64,000 nt of DNA from Bdellovibrionales bacterium (GTDB lineage Bacteria; Bdellovibrionota; UBA1018; CAIMNF01): the NCBI GenBank assembly GCA_040380025.1, contig JBEIJY010000010.1:1-64000 (forward strand), in the 5' to 3' direction. The notes under the pieces were generated by a model. The model did no database searches and was not told the origin of the DNA. It saw only the letters and a program-made list of their open reading frames with translations. The position numbers and the translations under genes are program-made. Positions 21,036 through 32,650 of the stretch are shown here, piece by piece. Numbering within the stretch: the stretch's first letter is position 1; each line of letters begins with the position of its first letter.

Positions 21036-21248
21036 AGAAACCCCTCTACCCTTGGTAAGACCGTTGACGTGTTCTTTTGGTGTAGTGAAGGAACTTTGAT
21101 TCCTCAAGCGGGATGTTCGATCCTATCCGGATTCTGACATAGTGAATCAATCGATTTCATTTTGTGATTGCCCCGGTCTTCTCTGGCACAAACACTCCAG
21201 CACAATCGAATGGTGCGATTCGGGGGAGTTACGCTAGTCTTTGGAATC

Positions 21249-22916
21249 ATGATCAAACACACCAAGCTTCACGCTCCTCATGGAAATCAGTTGACCTGTC
21301 GCGGGTGGGTTCAAGAAGCCGCCCTTCGCATGCTTTTGAACAATCTCGACCCCGCAGTGGCCGAGAACCCCGATGAGCTGGTCGTATACGGTGGAATCGG
21401 CAAGGCCGCGCGGAACTGGGAGTCCTTCGATGCGATCGTCTCGACTCTGAAGACGCTCGAGGACGACGAGACTCTGCTCATTCAAAGCGGAAAGCCCGTT
21501 GCCGTGTTCAAGTCCCATCCCGATGCGCCCCGGGTGCTTCTTTCGAATTCGATGCTCGTGCCGAAGTGGGCGACGTGGGAGCATTTTCGCGAGCTCGATC
21601 GCGCCGGACTCATGATGTACGGGCAGATGACCGCGGGGTCCTGGATTTACATCGGCACGCAAGGAATCATCCAAGGCACCTACGAGACCTTTGCCGAAGC
21701 GGGACGCCAACACTTCGGGGGCGACCTCTCGGGGCGGGTGGTGGTGACTGCGGGGCTCGGTGGAATGGGTGGCGCCCAACCGCTTGCGGCTTCGATCGCG
21801 GGAGCGGTGTCGCTGAATATCGAGGTCGATCCCGTACGCGCAAAACGCAGAATCGAGACGCGCTACCTCGACGAGCTGTATGAGAATCTTGAGGACGCGC
21901 TTCGCGCGGTCGAATCTGCAAAACACGCAAAAAATCCCCGCTCCATCGGCGTCATCGGGAACGCCGTCGACATTTTGCAAGCGCTCCTCGATCGTGGCTT
22001 CCAGCCCGATCTCATGACCGATCAAACTAGCGCGCATGACGAGCTGAACGGCTATGTCCCGCATGGGCTTTCGGTCGCCGAAGCCGAGAAGCTCCGGCAG
22101 AGCGATCCCGAACGCTATAAGGCGCTCTCGGTGGCGAGCATGGGCCGGCATGTGCAACTCATGCTTGAGTTTCAAAAGCGCGGAACCATCGTGTTTGATT
22201 ACGGCAACAACATCCGCGCCCAGGCCGTGAAGGCCGGGGTCGATCATGCCTTTGATTTTCCGGGCTTTGTTCCGGCCTACATCCGTCCGCAATTTTGCGA
22301 CGGACGCGGGCCCTTCCGGTGGGTGGCGCTCTCGGGCGATCCGGCCGACATCGTCGTGACCGATCAGGCGTTGAAGGAGCTCTTTCCCGCCCACGAAAGC
22401 CTGCATCGCTGGCTCGATGTCGCGGGCGAGCGAATCGCCTTTCAGGGGCTTCCCGCGCGGATCTGCTGGCTCGGGTTCGGCGAGCGCGTGAAGGCCGGGC
22501 TTTTGTTCAATGAGCTCGTGCGCACCAAAAAAGTCAAAGCACCGATCGTGATCGGACGCGATCATCTCGACTGCGGCTCGGTCGCATCGCCGAACCGCGA
22601 GACCGAAGCGATGAAAGACGGCTCGGATGCCGTCGCGGACTGGCCCATTTTGAATGCGCTCATCAATTCGGTGAATGGCGCTTCGTGGGTCAGCGTGCAT
22701 CACGGAGGCGGCGTCGGAATGGGCTACTCGATTCATTCGGGAATGGTGATCGTCGCCGACGGAACTCCCGAGGCCGCGCGGCGCCTCGAGCGCGTGCTGA
22801 CGAGCGATCCCGGCATGGGAGTCGTCCGTCATGCCGATGCGGGCTACGAGAGTGCGATCGCAAACGCAAAGAGCAAGCTCCCGGAATTCGGCGCACGCAT
22901 GCCGATGGTCCGGTAA
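21249..22916 (+). CDS. hutU: Urocanate hydratase
   Basis: [49 protein letters not shown]. Confidence 0.98.
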   Translation: MIKHTKLHAPHGNQLTCRGWVQEAALRMLLNNLDPAVAENPDELVVYGGIGKAARNWESFDAIVSTLKTLEDDETLLIQSGKPVAVFKSHPDAPRVLLSNSMLVPKWATWEHFRELDRAGLMMYGQMTAGSWIYIGTQGIIQGTYETFAEAGRQHFGGDLSGRVVVTAGLGGMGGAQPLAASIAGAVSLNIEVDPVRAKRRIETRYLDELYENLEDALRAVESAKHAKNPRSIGVIGNAVDILQALLDRGFQPDLMTDQTSAHDELNGYVPHGLSVAEAEKLRQSDPERYKALSVASMGRHVQLMLEFQKRGTIVFDYGNNIRAQAVKAGVDHAFDFPGFVPAYIRPQFCDGRGPFRWVALSGDPADIVVTDQALKELFPAHESLHRWLDVAGERIAFQGLPARICWLGFGERVKAGLLFNELVRTKKVKAPIVIGRDHLDCGSVASPNRETEAMKDGSDAVADWPILNALINSVNGASWVSVHHGGGVGMGYSIHSGMVIVADGTPEAARRLERVLTSDPGMGVVRHADAGYESAIANAKSKLPEFGARMPMVR

Positions 22917-22924
22917 GGGGACGT

Positions 22925-24133
22925 ATGGCGAAGTCTTCTGTGCAGGCATTCATTCATGCCTCGGCCGTTTATACCGGCGAGGCGATCGTCGAAAAAGAAG
23001 GCCGGATGCTCGGGCCCAGCGATGTGTCGGCCATCGCGGACGGCGCGATCGTGTTCGATCAAAAAAAAATCCTTTGGGTCGGAGCGACCCGCGATCTTCC
23101 GGCGCGTTTTCGCGCGGTTCCGAAGACCGACCTGAAAAACCGAAAAGCCGTGATGCCGGGGCTCATCGACTCGCACACCCATTTGGTGTTTGCGGGCTCG
23201 CGTGCCCATGAGTTCGCACGCCGCTGTGCGGGAGCGAGTTATCAAGAAATCGCGGCCGAGGGCGGGGGGATCCTCTCGACCGTGCGGGCAACCCGCGAGG
23301 CGTCTCGGGCACAGTTGTTTCAGGCGGCCCTGAAGCGCGCCCTCATTGCGTATCGCTTCGGAGTCCGAACCATCGAGTGCAAGTCGGGCTACGGGCTCGA
23401 TCACGAGACGGAGCTCAAGTGCTTGAAGGTGGTACAGGACCTGAAGAAAGCCCTGCCGCAGATGACTTTTGTTTCGACCTACCTCGGGGCCCACGCGATT
23501 CCTCCCGAAAAGAAGAAATCAGCGTATCTCGACGAGATGATCCATAAGACCCTTCCCGAGGTACGAAAACAAGGACTCGCGGAGTTCTGCGATGTGTTCA
23601 TCGATGAGGGCTATTACACGGCAAAAGAGGGCGAGCGGATTCTGCGGGCCGCACGAAAGCTCGGCTTCGGCTTGAAGCTCCATGCCGACGAGCTGGGCGA
23701 TACGGGAAGCACCCGTCTTGCGGCAAAGCTCGAGGCCCATTCGGCCGATCATTTGCTTCGGGTCTCGGAGGCCGGAATCCGTGCAATTGCGAAATCAGAC
23801 ACGGTGGCGACGATGTTGCCGGGGACCGCGTTCTCGCTCAAGACCGGCTATGCGCCGGCGCGGGCGCTTCTTGATCGCGGTGCGCGGGTTGCGATCGCAA
23901 CCGACTTCAATCCGGGCTCGTGCTATTCGTTGAATCTTCCGCTCATGATGCATTTTTCGGCGATCGGGCTCGGGATGAATCTCGCCGAGATTTTCGCGGG
24001 CGTGACCTTCTCGGCGGCCGCGAGTCTCGGGCTTCAACACAAAAAAGGCGCGCTTTTGCCCGGGTTCGATTCTGATTTCGTGGTGCTCCCGTACGGAGAG
24101 TTCGAAGAGATGGTTTACAGGATGGGGTGGTAG
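22925..24133 (+). CDS. hutI: Imidazolonepropionase
   Basis: PGLIDSHTH, GGGILSTV, KSGYGL, LHADEL, ATDFNPGS; follows hutU. Confidence 0.95.
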   Translation: MAKSSVQAFIHASAVYTGEAIVEKEGRMLGPSDVSAIADGAIVFDQKKILWVGATRDLPARFRAVPKTDLKNRKAVMPGLIDSHTHLVFAGSRAHEFARRCAGASYQEIAAEGGGILSTVRATREASRAQLFQAALKRALIAYRFGVRTIECKSGYGLDHETELKCLKVVQDLKKALPQMTFVSTYLGAHAIPPEKKKSAYLDEMIHKTLPEVRKQGLAEFCDVFIDEGYYTAKEGERILRAARKLGFGLKLHADELGDTGSTRLAAKLEAHSADHLLRVSEAGIRAIAKSDTVATMLPGTAFSLKTGYAPARALLDRGARVAIATDFNPGSCYSLNLPLMMHFSAIGLGMNLAEIFAGVTFSAAASLGLQHKKGALLPGFDSDFVVLPYGEFEEMVYRMGW

Positions 24134-24135
24134 TC

Positions 24136-25170
24136 ATGCAAAAAATCGTCATTCATTCGCCGGGGGATTATCAAAAACTGAAAATCGAAACTCATCCCGA
24201 TCTCGAACCCGGTGCGGGCGAGGTCGTCGTCGAGACGCGCGCCTCGGGGGTGAATTACGCCGATGTCTGCGTGCGCTGGGGGGTGTACGAGTCGGCAAAG
24301 CGCTTTGTGGGTTGGCCCATCACCCCCGGCTTCGAATTCGCAGGAACCGTGAAGCGCATCGGATCGGGAGTGTCGCGGGTTCGGGTCGGGGATCGCGTCT
24401 TCGGGGTGACCTTTTTTAACGCCTACGCAAGCGAGGTGCTCGCCAAAGAGAAGCATCTTTTTTCGATTCCGGAAGGATTCTCGTTCGAAGAGGCGGCGGC
24501 GTTTCCCTCGGTCTTCATGACCGCGTATCATCCGCTCTTTCAGCTGATTCGGGTTCCGCCGCGCGCGAAGGTGCTGATTCACTCGGCCGGAGGCGGAGTG
24601 GGGTCTGCCGCGGTCCAGCTTTGTCGCGCCTACGGGTTTGAATCGACCGGGGTGGTCGGGGCATCACACAAGGTCGAATATGTGCGTTCTTTGGGCGCAA
24701 ACCATGTGATCGACAAATCGAGTGAGGATTGGGTGAAGCGCGCGCAAGAAATCGCCCCGAACGGATTTGACGCGGTGATGGATGCGAACGGACCCGCCAC
24801 CTTGCGCGAGAGTTATCGGGTGCTTCGCGCCACCGGAAAGCTCATCGCCTACGGATCGCATACCATGCTTCCGCAATCCGCCACGGGCAGGATGAACTAT
24901 CTGAAGGCCGCCTGGGGGCTTTTGCGGATGCCGCGCTTCGATCCGCTCCGACTGTTCACCGACAACAAGAGCATCATCGGGTTCAATCTCTCGTTTTTGT
25001 TCGATCGCGATGACCTGGTCAAAGAGGGAATGGACACGCTCCTGGGGCTCGTGCGCGAGGGGAGGATTCAGGCTCCGAAGGTGACGGCGTTTCCGTATCA
25101 AAAGGTCAAAGAAGCGCACCACTTGATCGAGTCGGGCCGCTCCACCGGAAAGATCGTGCTCACATTTTGA
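24136..25170 (+). CDS. Medium-chain dehydrogenase/reductase (VAT-1/quinone oxidoreductase-like)
   Basis: GVNYAD, TPGFEFAG, HSAGGGVG, STGKIVL. Confidence 0.88.
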   Translation: MQKIVIHSPGDYQKLKIETHPDLEPGAGEVVVETRASGVNYADVCVRWGVYESAKRFVGWPITPGFEFAGTVKRIGSGVSRVRVGDRVFGVTFFNAYASEVLAKEKHLFSIPEGFSFEEAAAFPSVFMTAYHPLFQLIRVPPRAKVLIHSAGGGVGSAAVQLCRAYGFESTGVVGASHKVEYVRSLGANHVIDKSSEDWVKRAQEIAPNGFDAVMDANGPATLRESYRVLRATGKLIAYGSHTMLPQSATGRMNYLKAAWGLLRMPRFDPLRLFTDNKSIIGFNLSFLFDRDDLVKEGMDTLLGLVREGRIQAPKVTAFPYQKVKEAHHLIESGRSTGKIVLTF

Positions 25171-25253
25171 AAACTACCCCCCCATTGGGCGTGCCCGCAC
25201 GGCGCAAAAGCACAATCAAAACGGTAGTTTACACATTTTAAGAGGGATTCATT

Positions 25254-25865
25254 TCACTCGGAGAGCCATTTTTCGAGCAGTTGGTGGATTTCTTCGGTGT
25301 TCCACTCACGGCCGCCGGCCTCGACCATCAGGATTTTGCGGTCCTTGTCGATCACGACGGTCAGGGGAATCGCATTCAGCTCGAAGAGGTTCCCGAGCGA
25401 TCCGCCCTTGTCGGTGAAGGTCGGGAAGGTGATGCCGAGGCTCTTTGCCATGTTCTCGGCCGCCGGAATCGGATTCTCGTCGACATTCACACCCAAGATC
25501 TCGAATCCACGGGAGGCGTACTTTTCGCGAAGCTGAACGAGCGAAGGCATTTCTTCGAGACACGCCTCGCACCAGGTCGCCCAAAAGTTCAGGAGCATGA
25601 CCTTGTGGGGAAGATCCGAGAGACGGATTTTTGACTGGTCAAACCGGATGAGCTCCAGATCAGGCACCTGACTGCCCTCGGCGACCTCGATGTGGGGCTG
25701 GGCGGTGCGAAGGTCCTTTTGAAACGAGAGCTTCACCGCCATCAGGGCTGACACAACGGCGATCAGGATCGCGATCACCGGGATCAAAAGCCTCTTCCGG
25801 CTCGGGGGTTCGGGTGTCAGATAAGCATTGCCGGATTGCGGCTCCAGGTTTTCTGAATCTTCCAT
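25254..25865 (-). CDS. TlpA/ResA-family thiol-disulfide oxidoreductase
   Basis: N-terminal TM; LNFWATWCEAC. Confidence 0.9.
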   Translation of the reverse strand: MEDSENLEPQSGNAYLTPEPPSRKRLLIPVIAILIAVVSALMAVKLSFQKDLRTAQPHIEVAEGSQVPDLELIRFDQSKIRLSDLPHKVMLLNFWATWCEACLEEMPSLVQLREKYASRGFEILGVNVDENPIPAAENMAKSLGITFPTFTDKGGSLGNLFELNAIPLTVVIDKDRKILMVEAGGREWNTEEIHQLLEKWLSE

Positions 25866-25894
25866 ATCGGTCGAGTCTATCTTAAAATGGGATT

Positions 25895-26116
25895 GTGGGA
25901 AAGCGTTCCAATCAATCAGGGCAAGCGATTATCGAATATGTGATCATGCTTGCGATCGTTCTTTCGGTCTCGAGCATCGTGCAATACGGAATGACCACCT
26001 CGCGAAACAAACTCTGGAAGAAAATCATCTGCGATGTGAGTGCGCCCTGCCCCGGGTGTGCCTCGCCGGAGTCGGCGAAGAACACCCTGAGGTCAGGCGG
26101 AGATTGCGAGCGCTGA
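25895..26116 (+). CDS. Flp/TadE-like type IVb pilin-like protein
   Basis: G|QAIIEY prepilin motif followed by hydrophobic helix; Cys-rich C-terminus. Confidence 0.7.
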   Translation: MGKRSNQSGQAIIEYVIMLAIVLSVSSIVQYGMTTSRNKLWKKIICDVSAPCPGCASPESAKNTLRSGGDCER

Positions 26117-26127
26117 GAGCGCGATCT

Positions 26128-27249
<1,122 letters not shown>

Positions 27250-27410
27250 TGCGTGCTCCTTTTGCTTTGATTCCATTGCAAGGTCGGTTCCAAGCCCCGG
27301 GCGTTGCAAAACCAGTTTCAGCGGCTTGGAACGGCGGATTTCGGAGGACCCGTACAGGATTCGGACCTTGATTCTCTTCAGAATGGGGATATCGTCTCGA
27401 TCCCCGAATT

Positions 27411-27440
27411 GCAATTGAAAGCAATCGAAAGCAATTGAAA
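27411..27440. repeat. 3 x 10-bp tandem repeat GCAAT(T/C)GAAA upstream of recA
   Basis: gcaattgaaa gcaatcgaaa gcaattgaaa read directly. Confidence 0.85.
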
Positions 27441-27453
27441 AGCGGGATTTCGG

Positions 27454-30291
27454 TCAGAAACGAATCAGGAACGGCACCGACATCAACTTACAGACGGTGT
27501 TCCAATCCTCAGACTTTTTCAGGTTCTCTGACCCTGGGCCATGGAAGTAGGGAGTGAAAACATTGTCGCACACCACCGACCACAGCAAAAACTTACCCAT
27601 GAAGGCCGGGATTGCTCCGGGTTTGTTCCAAAATGTTCTGATGTGGCTCTGAAAACTAGCGGAACCTATCGGAAAGTCTCCGATCGAGAGAGTCCGAATG
27701 GATTGCTCTGCTTTCACAAATGCCTCGGACGAGGGAAGACTCGCATTTTTGAGCGGACTGATCAGGAGTTCCGCTTCGCGGCTACCGATCTGCCCGGCTC
27801 GAGAGAGGGCCTCGATCTCGGCTATGATCTGAGTTCTTCCCTCCTCCGGAATGGTTCTCAGGTACGAGTACTGCATGGTCAGGGAGCCACGCTCGATTTG
27901 TGCAGAGAAGTTTCCGGGTTGTGAGATGAATTCCTGAAACAGTCTTCGCACTGTAACTTTCGTTGTCGCATTCAGTAATACTTTCTCTTCGACTTCGGCT
28001 GCGGCTCGAAGGCAGAGCTCCAGAACCTCCGGCAAGGGCCGCGAGGACGGGGTGCGCAGAGCAATTGGGCCGATTTCCGCGTATTTTTGTTTAAAAATAT
28101 CGAGGATGATTTCTTGTTCATTTACCGGAAACGAACTCACTCTCGCTTGTAGCGCCACCTCGAGAGACTGGATCATTTTTTCTTGATCCGAGAGATTTTG
28201 AGCGAAAATTACCGCGATTTTTTGTTGGTGCGCCGCACTCATGAAGTGGGCCGCATCGTCAATGGCAAGGCGGATTTGTCCGGTCGGTCCGTTCCAGATG
28301 CCCACGTATTGATTGGTTTTCGTGGCGACGTAATTCCGTTTTGTCCTGAGGTTCTGCAAAAGCGCATCGAATCCGCCTTGGGCAGTAGAAACTTGTCTGA
28401 TCGCAAGTCCGACATCCGCAAGAGTCGCGACTCCCGAGAGCACCGCATTCAAACGAAGATTTTTGAATTCCTGGAGCTGCCCCCGGGTGATTTCAAGAAG
28501 CTTCATGTTGTTTGCGCCGATCGCCGCTTCTTGAAACAGGTCTGCTTTTTCGCGCGCCTCATCCGCGCGAAGCCAGAAGTAGTGCGTACCGTAGGCGTTC
28601 ATGGCGATGTTCGTTGTCCATAATCCGCCGGCAACGAGAGGTGCCGCCTCGCCCCCGGTTGCGATCACCAGAGCCGTTCCCGCGACCGCTTGGCCCCAGA
28701 ATACGACATCGTCCCATGCTTTTTGTTTTTCGTTCCGGAGGTTCAGATTTTTCAGGGCTGTACACAGATCCGTCTGATTCTGTTTTGTTCCGAGCAGAAC
28801 CAAGGCTTCCCCTGCAGCGGTCGGGGCAAGTTCGGTCAGCTCTTCGATGCTTTGTTGAATGAGCCCATCATCCAAATATTCATGGGGGCGAAGGGCGGTT
28901 TGCAATTTTGTTGCATATTCATTCGTTTTTACGATCGCTTTTTGTGCGGCCGTGGTCAGAATCTGTTGATCGCTCGTTGAACTCGTAGCGGAACACTGAA
29001 GATGAGTGGCTGAAGGCATTCCGTCTTCTTGCTTTGCCATGGCATCGGTCATCATCAAAAGTCCGGCACCGCCCTGAAACACGAACTGGAGCAGGATGTT
29101 TTTTCGGTTTTGATTGAAAGTGACGAGAGCCTGGTCCCGTGCGGAGATGGACTGGATTGCGATCGGGCCCCCATTCGGACTTGTTCTTGATAAAACCGCG
29201 ATTTCTTCATCCACTGCGCGTTCAAGACGCTTTCCGAGCTCCGTATCTTTGAACTCCCGAAACTCATACCCGAGATCTTTAAGCGAGGAGCAGAGTCCCT
29301 CCACTGCGGCCCCGACCTTTCCGGGATCCCGACCCATTTTGCCCGTGCGCTGATCGTTCTGAATCAGGGCGAGGACCCGGTCTCTGATTTCCTGGCGCAT
29401 GCCCTCGCTGCAAGGTCTGCAGGTGTCCGAGATCGCTGTATCTACCAGGCTTTCGAGAAGGTTCTCGGCGGGATTCAGATTCAGGAACTGGTGCTCGAGG
29501 GTCACCCGGTTCCGGATCGCGGAGATCAGGGCGCGTTCGTAAATTTTGCCGCGAAACAGGATTTTTTTCGCTTTTGCTGTGATCTCATCAGCAGAAAGTT
29601 CTGGACGGGGTATCCCGGGTATGGAGGCCGCGACAAGTTGGTCTTGTCGAGGATGAAGAAAGTCGCTTCCGTCGAGCCTCGGAGTCTCGCTCTTCAACCA
29701 ACTGTTCTTCACTCGTTCGAGAGTAGAAGAGAAATAGGAATCTCTGGCGTAAAAAGGAAGATTTCCTTGTTGAAACAGGAAGCAACTCGAGTTCCAGAGG
29801 CCCTCATTGCAGTACGAATGCCGGTTGATCCCTGAAATCACCTGTCGATAGATTGGGCAGTCTTTGTTGTGAATGCACTCGCCCAGAAACGCTTCGATCG
29901 ACAAAGTCTCAAGAAGGGAACTGAACTCGGTGATGATCCGGCCGAGTTGCGGATCCTTTTGGGTTGCATCTGATTCGAGTTTGGACCCGAGAAGCCTGTT
30001 TTGCAGCTGTGTAAGAGCGCCTTCAGAATCCGGATCAATTCCGGCTTCTTTCATTATTTCTCTTTGAATGGTCTCGAGAGCTCTTTGTCCGGCCTGCATG
30101 CGAAGGTTCGGGTCAAGATCGGGGTCGCGGGCCAGGATGAGGCTTTCTTCGATGGGTTGCAGAGGGAGGGCGTTTTGGGCATGTGCGAGAGGACAAGCGA
30201 GCGTCGAAATGAGGATCAAAAAAATGCCAAGCATCGCGGGTATCCTTCTTTCCGAACGGGTCGATCGGAATGTGCCTCGGAGGTCTGCCAT
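27454..30291 (-). CDS. Large secreted hypothetical protein with central hydrophobic hairpin (start 30291 or 30234)
   Basis: Long ORF; signal peptide ending AHA-Q; VAGTALVIATGGEAAPLVAGG; TTGATT-17-TACAAT promoter at 30330-30302; visibly more AT-rich than flanks. Confidence 0.75.
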   Translation of the reverse strand: MADLRGTFRSTRSERRIPAMLGIFLILISTLACPLAHAQNALPLQPIEESLILARDPDLDPNLRMQAGQRALETIQREIMKEAGIDPDSEGALTQLQNRLLGSKLESDATQKDPQLGRIITEFSSLLETLSIEAFLGECIHNKDCPIYRQVISGINRHSYCNEGLWNSSCFLFQQGNLPFYARDSYFSSTLERVKNSWLKSETPRLDGSDFLHPRQDQLVAASIPGIPRPELSADEITAKAKKILFRGKIYERALISAIRNRVTLEHQFLNLNPAENLLESLVDTAISDTCRPCSEGMRQEIRDRVLALIQNDQRTGKMGRDPGKVGAAVEGLCSSLKDLGYEFREFKDTELGKRLERAVDEEIAVLSRTSPNGGPIAIQSISARDQALVTFNQNRKNILLQFVFQGGAGLLMMTDAMAKQEDGMPSATHLQCSATSSTSDQQILTTAAQKAIVKTNEYATKLQTALRPHEYLDDGLIQQSIEELTELAPTAAGEALVLLGTKQNQTDLCTALKNLNLRNEKQKAWDDVVFWGQAVAGTALVIATGGEAAPLVAGGLWTTNIAMNAYGTHYFWLRADEAREKADLFQEAAIGANNMKLLEITRGQLQEFKNLRLNAVLSGVATLADVGLAIRQVSTAQGGFDALLQNLRTKRNYVATKTNQYVGIWNGPTGQIRLAIDDAAHFMSAAHQQKIAVIFAQNLSDQEKMIQSLEVALQARVSSFPVNEQEIILDIFKQKYAEIGPIALRTPSSRPLPEVLELCLRAAAEVEEKVLLNATTKVTVRRLFQEFISQPGNFSAQIERGSLTMQYSYLRTIPEEGRTQIIAEIEALSRAGQIGSREAELLISPLKNASLPSSEAFVKAEQSIRTLSIGDFPIGSASFQSHIRTFWNKPGAIPAFMGKFLLWSVVCDNVFTPYFHGPGSENLKKSEDWNTVCKLMSVPFLIRF

Positions 30292-30403
30292 AACGCGGCG
30301 AATTGTAGCGCTGTGCACTAAAAAAATCAAGTAAAGATTCCAATGTAGAACGAAATAGTCTGTTTTTAGCTCGGGTTCTTTTTTGTTTGACCTCCCTTAT
30401 TGC

Positions 30404-30424
30404 TATTGATAATCATTATCAATA
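30404..30424. promoter_or_regulatory. Fur box (perfect 10-1-10 palindrome)
   Basis: TATTGATAAT-C-ATTATCAATA contains GATAATCATTATC of the Fur consensus; abuts the ATG of a TonB receptor. Confidence 0.9.
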
Positions 30425-32524
30425 ATGAACTCCAAATCTCTGTTCGCCTTTGTTTTTTTTGCATTCATTTCAATGACTTATTCTTCTTTGGCCCAAGAGT
30501 CCCGACTCGATGTCGTAAAGGTCCAAGAGTCCCGCGACTCGGTGTTTTTCGACGAGGCGACCCCTCGCGATGCCGATCGGGCCGTCATTTTACGGGGCAA
30601 GAAGGTCACTCAGACCAAGCTCGAGGCCCTGCCCGAGCTTTCGACGAACCAGCACCGCCAGGCCTTCACGAAGGTCCCGGGACTCTTGGTCAGCGAGGTC
30701 TCGAACGATGGCTTCGCGTCCTTCAATTACCGCGGGCAGGGCGATCCGCACGAGTCGATGAATCTTTTGCTTCTTCAGGACGGGGCCCCGATCAGTGCCG
30801 ACCTGTATGGCTACCCCGCGAATTATTATGTGCCCCCCTATGACTGGGTCGAGGGGGTCGAGTTTGTTCGGGGTGGGGCCGGGTTGATGTACGGACCCCT
30901 CCCCGGAGGAGCATTGAATTATCGACTAAAGCGCCCGAAACCCGTCGACAGACTCGGCGGCTCGATTGGCGCGCGCTTTGGTTCGAATTCCTTTCAGGCC
31001 TACAATGCCGATGCCCGCTTCACGCTCGGATCGACCGACTCGCTTGTGACCCTTCATCGGAGGCTCGGTGACGGGTTTCGCATCGACAATAGCGATTTCG
31101 ACATCGGAGCGGGAGCCGTCCGCACCGAGACCCGGCTTTCTTCGAGCGAAAAACTGCGCGTGGAATTCGAGCATTATCAATCCGACTTCGGAGATGCCGG
31201 GGGCCTCGCGCTCGAGTCGGGTGCGAATCGCGTTCGTTTTTCTGAAAACCGCTTCGGGACCACCCTGAGCAACGACCGGCTCCAGATTCGACGAACCGGG
31301 GGCGTGCTCGGGTACTCGAAAAAACTCGTAGGCGGCGGCGTTTGGGATTCGCGCCTCATGGTGCATTCGTTTGATCGCGACAGTTTCCGGCAGAACGGCT
31401 CTGGGTTTGGCACCATTCCCTCCGGCACAACCAACACCATCCAAAAACAATCCTTCACCACGGCCTCCCTCGACAGCCGCGTGAAGTTCAACCCTGATTT
31501 CTTCGGGGTCCGGAACACGCTGAGCGCCGGGGGCACATTTTACTATGTGGATTCGCCCTTCCGGCAGTTCACGGGTGCGACTCCGGATGCAAGAACTGGC
31601 GACCTGAAGAAGGAACTCATGCGGAACTCGCGCGTGGTGTCTTTGTTCTTGGAAGACCGCTTCGAGTGGGGCGCGTTTTCGCTCACGCCCGGAGTGCGCA
31701 TCGAGAACATTTACCAGTCGATCCGGGAGCGTCTGAATGTCGGTTCGACGAGCCCGCTCCGGAGCGATTCGGATTGGCAACATGTGCCGCTCTTCGGCCT
31801 CGGCATGGGCTACGGCTTCGCCGACGGGTCGGAGTGGTATGCGAACGTGTCGGAGGCCTACAAGGCCGGCACCTATGGCGATGTGATTCCGACCAATACC
31901 AACGAGGAGGTGAACTCCGACATCAAGGAATCGCGCTCGATTCAGGCCGAAACGGGCTACCGCGGACGAAACGACTGGCTTCAGTGGGACAGCTCGGTTT
32001 TTTACATCCGCTACGCGAATCAGTTCGGACGGGTGAACCAAGGCGGGAACGATGTTTTCCTGAACACCGGTGCGGCCCGGTATTTCGGCTGGGACGGGTC
32101 GCTCGAGGCCGATCTCGGACACTGGGTCGGAGTACTGAAGAACATTCACCTCTACGGAAACTTCTCGGCCTTGAACGCCCGATTCACGGGCGGATACGCC
32201 ATTGGCGCGACTCCGCAGTATGCGCCGAAATATCTGGTCCGCTCGGGCGTTCTTGCGTACCCGTCCGAAGGAACCAAGATCGCGCTCATGAATACGTTCG
32301 TGACGGATCACTACGGTTACGATAATAATACCCAAGACCGATTTATTCCCACCTATCGGGTGTGGGACCTCACGGTCGAGACCCGGCTGTTCCAAAGCCG
32401 CTACCGGCTCACGGGCGGGGTGAACAACCTGTTCGATTCGGCCCATTGGACCCGGGTTCGGAGCAACGGCGTGGACCCGGCCCTGCCGAGGAACTTCTAC
32501 CTCGGGCTCAGCGCGAATTTGTAG
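30425..32524 (+). CDS. TonB-dependent outer-membrane receptor (FecA-like)
   Basis: Signal peptide, plug motifs (VPGL, DGAPI, VEFVRGG..LMYGP..GGALN), C-terminal NNLFD...PRNFYLGLSANL. Confidence 0.93.
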   Translation: MNSKSLFAFVFFAFISMTYSSLAQESRLDVVKVQESRDSVFFDEATPRDADRAVILRGKKVTQTKLEALPELSTNQHRQAFTKVPGLLVSEVSNDGFASFNYRGQGDPHESMNLLLLQDGAPISADLYGYPANYYVPPYDWVEGVEFVRGGAGLMYGPLPGGALNYRLKRPKPVDRLGGSIGARFGSNSFQAYNADARFTLGSTDSLVTLHRRLGDGFRIDNSDFDIGAGAVRTETRLSSSEKLRVEFEHYQSDFGDAGGLALESGANRVRFSENRFGTTLSNDRLQIRRTGGVLGYSKKLVGGGVWDSRLMVHSFDRDSFRQNGSGFGTIPSGTTNTIQKQSFTTASLDSRVKFNPDFFGVRNTLSAGGTFYYVDSPFRQFTGATPDARTGDLKKELMRNSRVVSLFLEDRFEWGAFSLTPGVRIENIYQSIRERLNVGSTSPLRSDSDWQHVPLFGLGMGYGFADGSEWYANVSEAYKAGTYGDVIPTNTNEEVNSDIKESRSIQAETGYRGRNDWLQWDSSVFYIRYANQFGRVNQGGNDVFLNTGAARYFGWDGSLEADLGHWVGVLKNIHLYGNFSALNARFTGGYAIGATPQYAPKYLVRSGVLAYPSEGTKIALMNTFVTDHYGYDNNTQDRFIPTYRVWDLTVETRLFQSRYRLTGGVNNLFDSAHWTRVRSNGVDPALPRNFYLGLSANL

Positions 32525-32575
32525 CTTCAACCGAAATCGAAAGAGTTGTTTTTCGCGAGGACCGTTCTTTGACTC

Positions 32576-32605
32576 TTGCTTGAGCGATGAAGCCGAATCT
32601 ATAGT
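32576..32605 (+). promoter_or_regulatory. Putative sigma70 promoter of the four-gene cassette
   Basis: TTGCTT-18-TATAGT. Confidence 0.4.
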
Positions 32606-32650
32606 GCCGCCAAAACATCATTTCTTTGGCCGCAACGAGGAGGGTTCCGT

